Origin: Blastocystis sp. Blastoise
Lineage: Eukaryota > Protista > Bigyra: Opalinata
Reading direction: 5' to 3'
Length of the DNA: 64,000 nucleotides
NCBI GenBank assembly: GCA_039096225.1
Contig: JBBPEB010000007.1
Span: 434,001 to 498,000 of the forward strand
Part shown: piece after piece, positions 1 to 38,195 of the stretch
Numbering within the stretch: the stretch's first letter is position 1
Layout of the letters: every line of letters begins with the position of its first letter
Notes under the pieces: model-generated
Database searches by the model: none
Told to the model about the DNA's origin: nothing
Seen by the model: the letters and a program-made list of their open reading frames with translations, nothing else
Position numbers and translations under genes: made by a program

Positions 1-1421
1 TTTAAAAGGATATATAGCTTGAATATCTTCTTCATTATATATATATTTATAGAAATAGGATTGTGTATTATTAGGAGTATATCCATCTATAAATACAGAA
101 GAAGAAGGAGATAGAGCAGAAGCAGTAGAAGTGTCTGTTAATATTAAACTCTCTATATATATTATATTTATTATATTTATTATATATATTATATATGTAT
201 ACCTGATTTTTCATGTTTCACAATAGACTATATTTTAAAAAATATATGAATATATCATTTAAATATATATATAGATAAAAATATACATGTGTTTTCCATG
301 TAGAAATTGGACAAAAATAATTAGCATGTGTTGTTGGACTAATAATATATATATATATATTTATGATTACAAAAGAAAAATATAATTTCATAAAAATATA
401 TATATTTATTTACTAATGATATTTAAATAATATTCCCACGGGAACATTCTTTTGAAGACGAGATTTATCTTCAATATTAATAATTAAATTATTATCTAAT
501 GTTGCTGATATAAACTTTAAATGAATTCCATAATTATAATATTGACGTAAAGTAATATGAAACATTAATCGAAATTTTCTATATAGATATATATATTATA
601 TTTATTATTATTATTATTATACTATAAATTAATTAATTTATTATAAAAATAATACATAATAATATAATATACATATTATTATAAGATAATGTGAATTCAG
701 TAACTGTAGGAAAAGATAGAAATTCCATTACCGAGCAAACAGTACTATCAAATATATAATTAAAGAAATCAATATAGTATTCATTATATATATATAAATA
801 TAATAAAAATAAATAATAGGATATTAATTTGTTTATTGTCAAAGTATTCAATTTTGAAAATTCCTGTTTTTAATAATCGCTTTTGAATAATAATTCTATA
901 AAGTGTATATATATATAATATATATAGATAATACATACATAAAAAAACATATATATATATATATATATTTAAAAAAACAAATATATACATTTAAAACATA
1001 TATAGATTTAAAATAAAAAATAATATTAATATAAATACGTTTTTTCTAATGGTTGTGGATATTCATATTTTGTTAGAGAAGTGGATGAGAAATTCTTTGT
1101 AACTAAATCAAACAGAGATGTAGGTTCACCTTTTTCTAGAAGAATAAATCTCAAGTTCATAAGTTAAGATATATATATAAAATTCTACAAATATATTATA
1201 TAACATTAATAATAATAAAAAAAGGATATTTTGCCTTTTATTGGATGATGTTCTAATGTAATATATTTAAATGAAACATTAATCTTCATAGAATCTTGAC
1301 CATTGAAGCAGGAATAGATATTGTTTGTACTCGTTGCTACATCACAATCATCAGGATCTAATGAATTCATAAAATTTAAAAAAATGAATCCTATACCGAA
1401 TTTTGAGCAACTTGCGCCCAT
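1..1421 (-). CDS. Multi-exon protein with N-myristoylation/palmitoylation signal (MGASCSK) and a probable C2-like domain; 3' end lies outside the window
   Basis: Hand-spliced frame stays open through 7 introns (5 GT-AG, 2 U12-type): MGASCSKF..HPIKGK|LRFILLE..GIFKIEYFDNKQIIDSTVCSVMEFL..; the FKIEYFD...IDSTVCSVMEFL pattern resembles C2 strands. Confidence 0.6.
752..824 (-). other. U12-type intron with AT-AT termini
   Basis: 5' ATATCCT; branch-like TTCTTTAAT ending 7 nt before the 3' end; 73 nt; flanking exon frames join through this splice, whereas the nearby AG and AC acceptors give stops. Confidence 0.7.
1155..1229 (-). other. U12-type AT-AC intron
   Basis: 5' ATATCCTTT, branch TCTTAAC, 3' TTATGAAC; joins GK|LRF in frame. 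Confidence 0.9.
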
Positions 1422-2159
1422 TTAAAATTAATTCCAGCTTTTGATATGCTTTTAAAAAGTATGATAAAGATCTAATTTCTATTTCTTTTTTTGAACACAA
1501 ATTTCCCTGATTATTTCTTCATTATCACGAATTAAACACGAAAAAATCAAAAATCCTCACAAAAACGAAAGGCTTAGAAAACACCAAGTTTCTATTTGTG
1601 TTTACATCTTTTTTTCACTATTCATGAATTCATCTGTTAACAAAAATACTCACAATATATGTAATATCATCAAATAAATTTATATAATTTTCTCAAAACG
1701 ATCATTTCGACCCTTTTTGGATTCAACCATTACTATTTCTAGGTTAACTAACTTGAAGCGTATCACAGAAACTCTAAAACATCAACAGAATATCAAAGCC
1801 AATGATATTTATCCAAAGTAATTCAAACATAAAAGATTTTAAAACAACTTGACCTCTCACTCAATACAAACTACCGTTTCACCTCCTGAATCACCTCATT
1901 ATCATCGTTTCTCAAGGCTATATCCGAATAATAATAATAAAAAACAAAAACTTGAATAAAAGAAAAATACAGAAAATTTCTGAAAGAAAATAAAAACACA
2001 TGAGGAACAAAAAAAACTGACTACAAATAAAAAGAAAACTACGGGAAATCAAAAGGGAAATGAAGAAAAAAAAAGAGCAAAGATATAGAATAAATTATTA
2101 TACATTCATAAACGTTTTTTAAAGCACTAAACAAACCTTAAAATATTATTAAAGGCATT

Positions 2160-21824
<19,665 letters not shown>

Positions 21825-22320
21825 AATACATTCTATTCTATATTATATATATATTTTTTTTTAATTTATTCTACATAATTTTTTTGTATTTATTTATTCC
21901 TTTTTTGTTTTTTTTTTCCTTCTACATATTAAGCATTGAATGCCTTTTTTTATTGTTATTTCTATTTTAATAGACTCTGTAATTCTAATTAATTTTTATT
22001 TCATATGTTATTCATTTCTTACTTCATTTTCCATTCAATGTAATCAAATTTTATTTTTATAAACTTGTTTGTATTCTTTCCATAATTCTATTATCAAAAT
22101 CATTTTCAAATCAATCATTTGTCCTATCTATCACAAAAAAAACAATACACAAAAAAAAAGTAGACAGTTTATAATATAATTGTGTTTATTTTTAAAAATA
22201 CACTTATGTTTTATAAATAATTTGGAAAGTGTCAAAAGAATCATAATTTAATTTTATTTTTGTTTATTCTATTTTTATTCATGAATGATTACTCAAATGC
22301 ATATTTAATCTTGTTTTCGA

Positions 22321-22806
22321 ATGAAATTATATTTGCTTCTACTATTTACAGTTTTCGTTTCGAGTGTTTTTCAAGATACAGATACATCTTGGTATAATGA
22401 GAAGGTTAGAGAAGGAATAGATGCATATAAATACTGGGAATCAATGCAAGTTGTGAGTCAAAATGAAGATTGTTGGAGTGTATATTCTTCTTTTTACTTT
22501 ATTAAAGAATATCATGTATTTTTTTATGATAATTTTAGAGAGCTATTCATCAGTTTGATAATGATTGTGAAAATATGAATACTAGAGACAAACAAACATT
22601 TTCTTATAATGTATTTCGTTGTTTTATGAATGACAATAGAAGATTATTAACTCCTTGTTTTGAAGCTGATTCCTTCGATTGTATATCTCAATTAACTAGT
22701 GAAGAAATTGTTTTATATACTATGTTTAAAAACCAAGCAGAATCTATTTGTTACTTTCAAAAAACAGTAGTATGCATAGAATTATATATAAATATTCTAT
22801 TATAGC

Positions 22807-22848
<42 letters not shown>

Positions 22849-24905
22849 TTATTAATATTATTATTATATTTATTGTTATTATTATATTTATTAATATTAT
22901 TATTATTATTCATATATATGTTAATATTTTTCATAAGTTTTTTTTTTATAGTTTTGGCAACAAAGAAATACTCGAATAATTAATAATCTTCAAGATACTT
23001 CTTTTGAAGTATTAAAACAAATTTATATATATATTATTTTTGTATTGTCTCTTTTTTATTCATATTTATATCATTATTATTTATATATTATATTTAACAT
23101 GAATATGAATATACACGATCATTTATATATAACTATATATATATAGTTATATGTCTGTTGATAGGCAAGATTCGATAATTCAGAATCAGGATGATATTTT
23201 ACATGGTTATGATAATACTATAAAAGTTATTGAAAATGCAAATCATAGTATTACTGGCTTATCTGTATTTATATATATTATTATTATAATAATTATATAA
23301 TATATTGTTATAAAACAATAAAATGTCTTTTTTTATTGTTGAATAAAATAATATATTTAATATATATATCTATATATAAATATATTAATTATAGAATTAT
23401 ATAAATGATAATTTAAGTGATGTACAGAAGAGTTGGAAAGAGAATGTAAATAAAATAAAAGAAATGTTAAATAGAATCAAAGAACAATTAGCCTATATTA
23501 TTGATTTACAAAATATTATCTTTGTTGCTTTTAATAATATAAAATCATTTATTGTCTTCTTATTAATGATTGGAAGTGTCTTTATTCTTACTAGTCATAA
23601 ATATGTATATAAATATATTTATTTAGTCTTTATTTCAAATAAATTAAACATTTTTATTATTGTTCTGTATAAATAATCTATTTATTTCAAATAAATTAGA
23701 CATTTTTATTATTGTTCTATATTAAAAAAACTATTTATTTCAAATTAATCAAGCATATTTTTATTGTTCTATATAAATAATCTATTTATTTCAAATAATC
23801 TATACATTATTTTTCTTCTGTTATATAGTCTATTCATCTAAGACCTTTTCTATTGTTTCTTCTTCTTCTTAGTTTCTTTATAGAAAGATGGGCTCTTCTT
23901 TATTTTCAAGAATGGTTTTCAGATATTCTTATTCTTAAAGTAATTGATAATTGTCGATATACATTAGGACTCTTTATGGTTATTTTAGTAGTTCGTTCTT
24001 TTATTCTTGGAAATAATCACTCAAAACAATCTTATCAACATATGAAAGAAATGGTATTTTATATTATTAGTTATTTATAATAGAATTCATCCTTTTTTTA
24101 AACTATATTTTTTATATACATAAATAGACTATATATATATATATTTATGTTTATTTTACTTATATAGTATAAGGATTATGATAGTTATAATCATATTCGA
24201 AAGAATCATAATTATGCATATCATTATATTCCATTAAGTAAGGACCCTAATGTATTTGATTTCGATAATGATCCTACATATATGCCTGTAGAATATTCAT
24301 ATGATGAGGACGAAGAGAATAATAATGATGAAAATATTAATAATGATAATAATAATGAAGATGGTAATCATGATAATGAAAATCTTGATTTCTTAAAAGA
24401 ATATAATCAAAATTTTGATTCTCATGTATATTATGTTATCTAATAGATAATTTTATATTTTTTATATATACTTTCATAATATTTATTATTAATATATCAT
24501 TTTATACTATTCTTTATTATTATATATATTTTTTATACTATGTTTTATTATTATCTATATTTTTATACTACTTTTTATATTCAATAACTTATTATTTTAT
24601 CTTCATGATTATTATACTCCTTATTATAGTCCTCTACAATATCATCCCAATCAAGATATTTCCTTCGTAAGAATGTTCCCACTAAATATATCCTTTCTAT
24701 TCTTTCTTTTCCTATAAATAAATATAATATAGCTTCATAATATCTTCTCTATATTCTCCAATAAAATAATTAAATTACATATACATATTCTTAATTCTTT
24801 ATAAATAATAAGATTATAGAATATGAGCATCCAGATCTCTTTGAGAAGCGACTTGTTAATACTCAAAAGTATTATTTAAAACATCCTACATATTATTTAG
24901 ATTAA
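22321..24905 (+). CDS. GEX1: GEX1/Brambleberry/Kar5-family nuclear membrane fusion (karyogamy) protein
   Basis: Signal peptide; Cys-rich domain CWSRAIHQFDNDC..FRCFMND..TPC..DCISQL..AESICYFQ..FWQQ; coiled coil; three TM segments; acidic tail. The end is 24905 if the U12 intron is spliced, otherwise 24740. Confidence 0.85.
23629..23800. repeat. ~52-bp minisatellite (~3.3 copies) in a GEX1 intron
   Basis: TATTTCAAAT anchor at 23631, 23683, 23736 and 23787 with a conserved TTATTGTTCT between anchors. Confidence 0.85.
24688..24804 (+). other. Probable U12-type intron with AT-AA termini
   Basis: 5' ATATCCTTT; branch TTCTTAAT ending 9 nt from the end; splice joins VPTK|YNKIIEYEHPDLFEKRL..YLD*. Confidence 0.6.
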
Positions 24906-25746
24906 AGAAATATAGTACTAGATCCAGTTTCTTCAAATATATATATTTATAATCAATCATTATATGGAAATTACCTTTTTAATACTCTCATTATCAATAT
25001 AATATAAATATATATATTATACAAAAAATATTATAAAAGAATATTATTTATTGAAGAAACGTGTGTTTTTCTTATCTATATCTATTTCTCTATTTCTTTT
25101 TTCTTTATATTATGTATCTATTTAAGTTAATTTTGTTTATCCTTTATTGTTTGTTGTATTATTATTTCTTATAATGTATGATTATCCATTCTTTATGTAC
25201 ACCGTACATTTTGTTAGTCGAAAATCATGTTTCACAAAAATAATTAGTATTTTTGAATATATATCACTAGAAAATAATGTGTACAAAAAAATTATACCAT
25301 CATTTGCATGATAAACCTATAATTATTTATTCATTATCAATACCCATTCATCCTGATTCATAAATACTTGTAAAACAAAAGTTTAGAACCATTTCATGAT
25401 CATTCAATTACATTCTATTGGGTGAAATCCACTATTTTAGCATTATTTAATATAATACACGTATATATATTAATAAATCATATATATAAATAGAAACTAA
25501 CTTATCATAAAATCATATTCTTCTTCTAATTACTCGTATTATTTCAAGCCAGTGATAATATCATATTTTCGTATCGTGTACTCTGTGTTTTGCAGATATA
25601 TGAGATATTTAGAAAAGTGATATTGGCAAACACGGCAAAAACACCGAACTCACTTTTTTATCCTTTAATTCATCATAATTTATTAATCACCTTGAGTATT
25701 TATACTTTGTAATCTTCAGCACATAAAGTTCCTTAATAATCAAGAA

Positions 25747-26433
25747 ATGGCTGCCAATGACGATGTTCATGTACATTCCGTAGAGAGTGATCCAAGCAGA
25801 GAGTTTTCTCCAATGAATGTGTATTATAGATTAGAATCTCCAATTCGATTAACTCCTCCTCCTCCTCCAATGATGAAGACGAAATCAATGAAAAAAACAA
25901 TCATTCTTCCAACCATGTTAAAGAAATCAAACTCTGCAGATGAAATACGAAATGAAACTATGTTAAATAGAAGACATTCAAGACTTATGAGATTATATGG
26001 TCATTATTTAAGTGAAAGTACAGAGGTTATAAATGAAGATAATCCAATTACTGATTCATTCGATATAATTGATGAGTTGTCTCCTGACTATATGTATCCT
26101 TATGAGAGCATAGGTCGTCTTGATCTTCGAGAAAATGATAAGATATATCAAGTATTCATAGATCTTCCAGGAATCAAAAGAAAAGATATAGCCTTAAAAT
26201 TGATCCATAATAGTCTATATTTAGAATGTCATCGATTTGAAGAAGATGATGATCATGAATATACATATACAATAGGCGAACGTCATTATGGTCGAATATG
26301 TCGTAAGATTCCTTTTGAGGAACCAGTTCAAATCGATCAAATCAGTGCTAAATTTGAGAATGGAGTCCTTATCATTCTTGTACCGAAGCGTATAGACATA
26401 GTAACAACAGAAACACCAATTGAAATATCTTGA
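25747..26433 (+). CDS. Small heat shock protein (HSP20/alpha-crystallin), intronless
   Basis: DLRENDKIYQVFIDLPG..ERHYGRICRKIPF..ISAKFENGVLIILVPK. Confidence 0.93.
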   Translation: MAANDDVHVHSVESDPSREFSPMNVYYRLESPIRLTPPPPPMMKTKSMKKTIILPTMLKKSNSADEIRNETMLNRRHSRLMRLYGHYLSESTEVINEDNPITDSFDIIDELSPDYMYPYESIGRLDLRENDKIYQVFIDLPGIKRKDIALKLIHNSLYLECHRFEEDDDHEYTYTIGERHYGRICRKIPFEEPVQIDQISAKFENGVLIILVPKRIDIVTTETPIEIS

Positions 26434-27497
26434 ATTATCCTATTCATTTATTAAATAATCATTTTTCTTTCAAATCAATATTTAATGTAATTCTTTTATT
26501 GATTTTTTCATTAATATTAATTCTTTTTAATATACTATACGTTCTATAATTTAATAACGATAAGATTGGCTATTCATTCTTAGTAAATAGGAAATAGTTG
26601 AAATTATCTATGCATAATTATGTTTGTTATATTTGCTATCACACTAGCAGCTTCCTAATTAAATAATTAAATATTAATAAAAAAGAAAAATAAAATGAAA
26701 CCAATCTAACAACGCAATTATTTATTTAAATTGTAATATATACATTAAAAGCTTCTGTATAAGAGATATTTGATGTTTTAGGTCTCAAACAATAATATAT
26801 AAAGAATTTATGAAGAGAAGATAACTTTGAAAAGAATTCATCATAATAAAAAAAGAAAAAAACATGAAATCTTATTCATTTCATATGTGTTATCATCAGA
26901 TTATGTAGAAATCGTTATATATATGTTAGTTTTTAGTTATATGATATACTTTGGTTACAAAGAGTGTGAAACACCTTGATTATTGGAAAAAATGAAAATG
27001 ATCATGTTGTTAAAAAGGGCAATTTTATTTAAATAATAAGTTTATTATTGTGAGTACTTTAGACTCAAACATATTTTATTAAAAAAAAGCGAATACAATA
27101 ATAAAAATAATTAACGAATGTGAGTGTTGAGTATTAAAAGAAGTAGAAACACAAAGATATAATAAAAGCAAGTTGTTCATGAACATACAAATAGGAAAAT
27201 ACTTAAGATATAGACCTATGAATATAACGTATACAATTGTTGTGTCTTAAAAAATTGTGTTTTTAGAAAAAAAGGGATCGGGATTTTCATGGAGATATCT
27301 TTTATTTTGGAGGAAAAGTTTGGATATTCACGATACATCGCGTACCTTTCTACCCTCGACTTAGGATATGAGTGTCTATACTATCATTTTGCATATAAAT
27401 TCCTAAGTCGACGGTCATTTGCATTACCTTTTTCTTTTTATGTTTTCTTGGAAATAACTTAGTTATCTTAATTTTATTTATTCAAAACCAAATAAAA

Positions 27498-29169
27498 ATG
27501 GCTGAAACTGGTATATATTTTGTTATATTACTAATATATTTATCTTTCTCTTATTTTTTATGACTTATATTCTATAATTATAGCTACTGCTCCCGCTACT
27601 AAGGTACAATTTGAATTTATCTTAATTTAACTTAATTAATATTATAGCCTGAATTCGTTATTCGTGTATGCGATCCTGTCAGACAAGGTGAAGGTATGAA
27701 AGCCTATGTCACTTATACTGTTCGTACTGAAACTGATAACGAAAGTTATGATGAACATGAATATACTGTTATTCGTAGATACAGTGATTTCATTTGGCTT
27801 CATGACGCTCTTTCTGTTGAATATGGATACATTGTTATTCCTCCTATGCCTGAAAAGAACGCTTTAGCTCGTTTTGATGCTGAATTTGTTGAAATCAGAA
27901 GAGCTGCTCTTCAAACTTTCCTTATGTCTATCTCTCTATATATATAGTTTTAATTATATTTTTTTTATTATTGTTAATTTTTTTAAATATTTATTAGTAT
28001 ATCATGATATTTTCCATGAAATATATGTATTTTAATTTTTTTTTTAGCTTTTAATTGAACTAATGATTATATATATATAGCTTCATGCTACTTTAAAGAG
28101 TTCTGAAATTTTCAAGAATTTCTTAACTTTAGATCAAGATGATTTAAGTGGTTACAAGAAGGAAACTAGTACTGTATGTTCTAATGTTTTTTTTTTCAAA
28201 TCTATATATTGACATTTTTTATGTTATGTTTTTTTTTATAAAATAATACATATAATTTTAAATATAGTTATATAAAATATATATATATATATAATATATA
28301 TAGAAGATTTCTCTTAATGATTTAAAGGATAATCCTCTTGAATCTTCAATGAAGCTTTTAAATATTATTGGTAAGAAAGCTATGAAGATGGGTAAGGATG
28401 TTACTAAACAAATTAAAGATAAACAAGAAGGTGCTCCTAAAGTAGATGATGAATTTACTAAGAAAGCTCGTTATTTTGCTGAACTTCTTACTCAAATTGA
28501 TGGTTATTGTGAACATGCTTCTCTTCTCGTTGAATCTGAACGTGCTGAAGCTGAAAGTATGACTTTATTAGGTAATGCTATTGCTTCTCTTGATCAAATG
28601 GAAGATGAACAACCTCTTATTACTGCTCAAAAGAGTTATGAACAAGCTTCTGAAGCTTTATCTAGCCTTATGTCTGAAAAGGCTAATCTTGAAGTATTTA
28701 TTTTTTAATAATTATTTATATTATTTATTTATTTTAATAATTATTTAAATTGTTTATTTTTTAAATAATTTCTATATTATTATTATATATAGGTACGTGC
28801 TTTTGTTGAACCTATTCGTATTCAAGTATTATATCTTGAAGAAGCTAAGAATACTATTCTTCGTAGAGGTCTTACTCAAGATGAATATGATGATGCTTTA
28901 AAGAGTGCTAAGGCTGCTAAGGCTGCTTATTCTAAGGCTGAAAGTGGTGATGGTGATGCTACTGCTGCTAAGAAGGAATATAAGAAGAAAGCTAAACTTG
29001 CTAAGAAATTAGAAGAAAAACTTAAGGAATTTACTGATAAGATGAATGGTGAATTAGATGAATTCCAAAATAATAAATATCATGCTTTAAGAAATGTTCT
29101 TATTGATTTTATTAGACTTCAAATTGATTATGCTGGAAAGGTATTCTATTTAATTTTTTTTTTTAAATC

Positions 29170-29202
<33 letters not shown>

Positions 29203-29403
29203 TTAAATTTCTTATTATATATGTATTTTAAAGTTTATTTTGTAAATAAATCAAATATATAATATAATAAATATATAGATTAAGAAGATTTGGGCTAATC
29301 TTCTTCCTGAACTTCAAGCTCTTGATATTGAATCTCTTTCTGCTAAGGCTGTAGAAAAGGCTACTGAACAATTAGAAAATCGTGATGAAACTCCTCTTGA
29401 ATC

Positions 29404-29440
<37 letters not shown>

Positions 29441-29608
29441 ATTTCTGATGATGATGAATCTTCTGAAGAAGAAAAACCTAAGAAGAAGGCTAAGAAGGCT
29501 GCTAAGAAACCTGCTAAGAAGGCTAAGAAATCAAAGAAGGAAGATAGTGATGATGATGATAGTGAAGTTTCTGATCTTTCTGATGATGATTCTGATTCTG
29601 ATCTTTAA
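27498..29608 (+). CDS. PX-BAR sorting nexin (SNX1/2/Vps5-like)
   Basis: AYVTYTV..VIRRYSDFIWLH..IPPMPEK..FVEIRRAALQTFL, then helical BAR region and an acidic/basic tail. Confidence 0.9.
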
Positions 29609-30396
29609 ATTTAAAACATACAATCACTTCTTGTTCTCTTAGGTAGTTGTTATTTTCTATGTTATTATAAGCTACACAGTTCCTTTTATAAACTGTTCTG
29701 TTATTTATATATATAATATATTATATATATTTTCTTTTAAATAATTAATTGTATTCTATTCCATTATCTCAATCAGTTTTTGTGTGTTATTTCCTAAATA
29801 AGGTTTACACATGTGACATTGTATTTATTTTGTTAAACTGTGTTTATTTCGTTATGGTTGTTGACATATTATTATTATCTTAATTCTTTTATGTCATATG
29901 ATGAAAAATGTAATATGATAAAAACATAACTAATTTCTTATATAAGGAAATGAAAGTAAAAGAGTATTGACGGTAAAACAATTGTAATAACATAAGAAAA
30001 AAGTATAACAAGGAATCTATAATAAGAAAAGAATAAACAAATAATGATTTATATGAATAAAAAAACAAATACAGTATTTTGAAATGACATGAAATGATGA
30101 CACAATAAAATGAAAAGAAGAAAAAAGGAAAAAAATATAAATAATACCTTCTATTTTTAAAAATATATATATGTTATCTATTATTATATATATATATAGA
30201 TTTGTAAATAGATAAAGAAAATGATTATCAATAAGATATTTCTTTCTATAAAAATATGAAAGAAAAATAAATATTTATATAATATATATAATATATATTT
30301 TATAATATATAATATATATATATATAGAACACTGTGAAGAGTATTCTATTTTCTCACATAATTTAGTATATATTAAATAAAATTATTCATATTTCT

Positions 30397-30489
30397 TTAG
30401 AATTCGTGTTTATCTTGAAGATGTTCTTGAAGTTGAATAAATTGTCCAAATACTGGATCTTTCATAATCACAGAAACATGACATACTTC

Positions 30490-30520
<31 letters not shown>

Positions 30521-31396
30521 ATTTTATACATAGAATGATATTTAAAAAAAAAATATTTTTTGTAATTGATGAAATATAGTAAGTCTACTTAATATATAAC
30601 ATATATAGATATAATAATTTTTAAAATTAAAATAATAATAATAATAATAACATATATATATACGGTAAATATAATCATTTAATAATTTCATTCTAGTAAA
30701 TAAAAAGTCTTTGTCTAATCGTTTAAAGAAAGTCTTTGATGGAAAAGGAGGCTAAAAAGAGGGAATATATATATATATATATAGAAATATTAGCTTTATA
30801 TTAAAAGAATAATAATAAAAAAAAAAATAAAAATAAAAAGAATATAAAAAAAATAAAAAAAAAAATAAAAATAAAAAGAATATAAAAAAAAAATAAAAAT
30901 AATTATAATATCCCAAATACATACCAGCGCAAAGTTGAATTCTTTAACAAGATGGCAATGTAAATTATAAAAATCAGAATATCGTCTCCAAATATACCAA
31001 ATAACACCGTCTCGTTCAATAATTACTTTATAAGAAGCAAAATGTTGTTTCTTATATTGACAAATAGAAAAGTCCTACATAGAACATAAATTTAATACCA
31101 ATCAATGAAACAAAATATTATTATGTTTTTAAATAAATATCTAATTATATATAAAAACAAACAAATAAATAAATAAATAATAAAACAAAATACGGTAACA
31201 GTTACTCGAACATATCCTATCGTTGTTTGCCTAAGATAATCACTCAATTTTTCTGCTACTTTGAGAAGAGTCTCTTCTGTCTTATCAGTGTACTAAACAT
31301 ATTACAAACCATATGTACTCTATAATAAAAGCAAAAAAATACGGAAAGTGTAGACGCTCTGTTTTGGCTACTTTTATGAATTGGCTGTGAACTCAT
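30397..31396 (-). CDS. Small PX-domain-only protein (5 exons; absent from ORF track)
   Basis: Spliced: FASYKVIIERDGVIWYIWRRYSDFYNLHCHL..LPPFPSKTFFKRLDKDFLFTRMKLLNDYIYQV..DPVFGQFI. Confidence 0.85.
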
Positions 31397-31918
31397 TCTC
31401 TTTAACTGAACTAATATATACTAAGTCTCTACTTATTGCTATTTGATTCTATAAGTTAAAATAACAAATCTTTCTATAAAATAAACTACTTTAAAATAAG
31501 CTTCATTAGATTCAATGAAAGAATCCAGATTTTTTTTTGTTTTTTGGGGTTTTCTTTGTGTTTTTCCTTGAAATCAAAATATGAATTCTTTTTACTGATT
31601 TTAATTCAGATCGAATCTGAAAAAAGAATTCTGTAGTTTTTTGCTTAATTTTTTTTGTTGAATTCAAATTAGAATGACTGAAAATTATTTCAGTTCTCCC
31701 GATGCATTTTCTTTAAATATGGAGTGATTTTTTTTTTTTTCTGATTTAAGTACATTCTTCCCTTTGTACCTTTTTCCCTCATCAGAAAACATTGATTTTT
31801 AAATATTATTCTGGTCTTGAATAGAAATCATCCTTTTTCTACAAGTATCATTCTCGAATTTGTTTTATCTTATCTTATATTTGAAATTATTCAATATCAT
31901 TTGCAACGAAAATAAGAT

Positions 31919-37609
<5,691 letters not shown>

Positions 37610-38195
37610 AAATGATTGCCTATTTAAATCTAAAACTTTCTGTGATGTTATATATTGCAGTTATATCCAATTTATTTTCAATCTTATTTATATATCTTTG
37701 ACTCTCTTTTAAAAATAGCAACAATATAGCTATTTCAGTTTTCATATATTTATTATTATTATCTTTCTGGGTTTGAAAGTATTTTATGAAGCAATTTCAA
37801 TCCATTTATGTAACATTTATACAGTTATTTCAATAGTATTGATATTTTTTGTATTTTGTAAAAATGTTATTCTCATGGTTATTTGTTTTAATATCAATCA
37901 TTGTTTGTTTATTTTCATGATTATCGCATTTGTAAAAACCAAAAAGTCAAAAAGGGCCTTAATTATTTTTGAAATGAGCCTTTATTCGTTTTAAAAAGAG
38001 GTCATAAAAATAAAAATGAAATAAATCTTGATTTTTAAAGGGAAATTGTAGTTTATAAGAGGCCATATATTTTTATAGGACCCTTATTAATTTTATTGGT
38101 ACTTTTTATTCATAAAAAGGTTTTTCATTATATGGCTCTGTTTTTTTTAAAGAATATATTGTATTTTGCAGTATTTACATTATAGTTAATTCATT

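Noticed and set aside
25300-25746. Heat-shock element upstream of HSP20
   Set aside because: No clean array of three inverted nGAAn units was found.
27268-27433. U11 or U6atac snRNA identity for the hairpin region
   Set aside because: Only an AAAAAGG start matches; no convincing Sm site or conserved boxes.
37773-37994. Short intergenic ORFs (also 44947-45180)
   Set aside because: TTG starts, promoter-like composition, no recognisable motifs.
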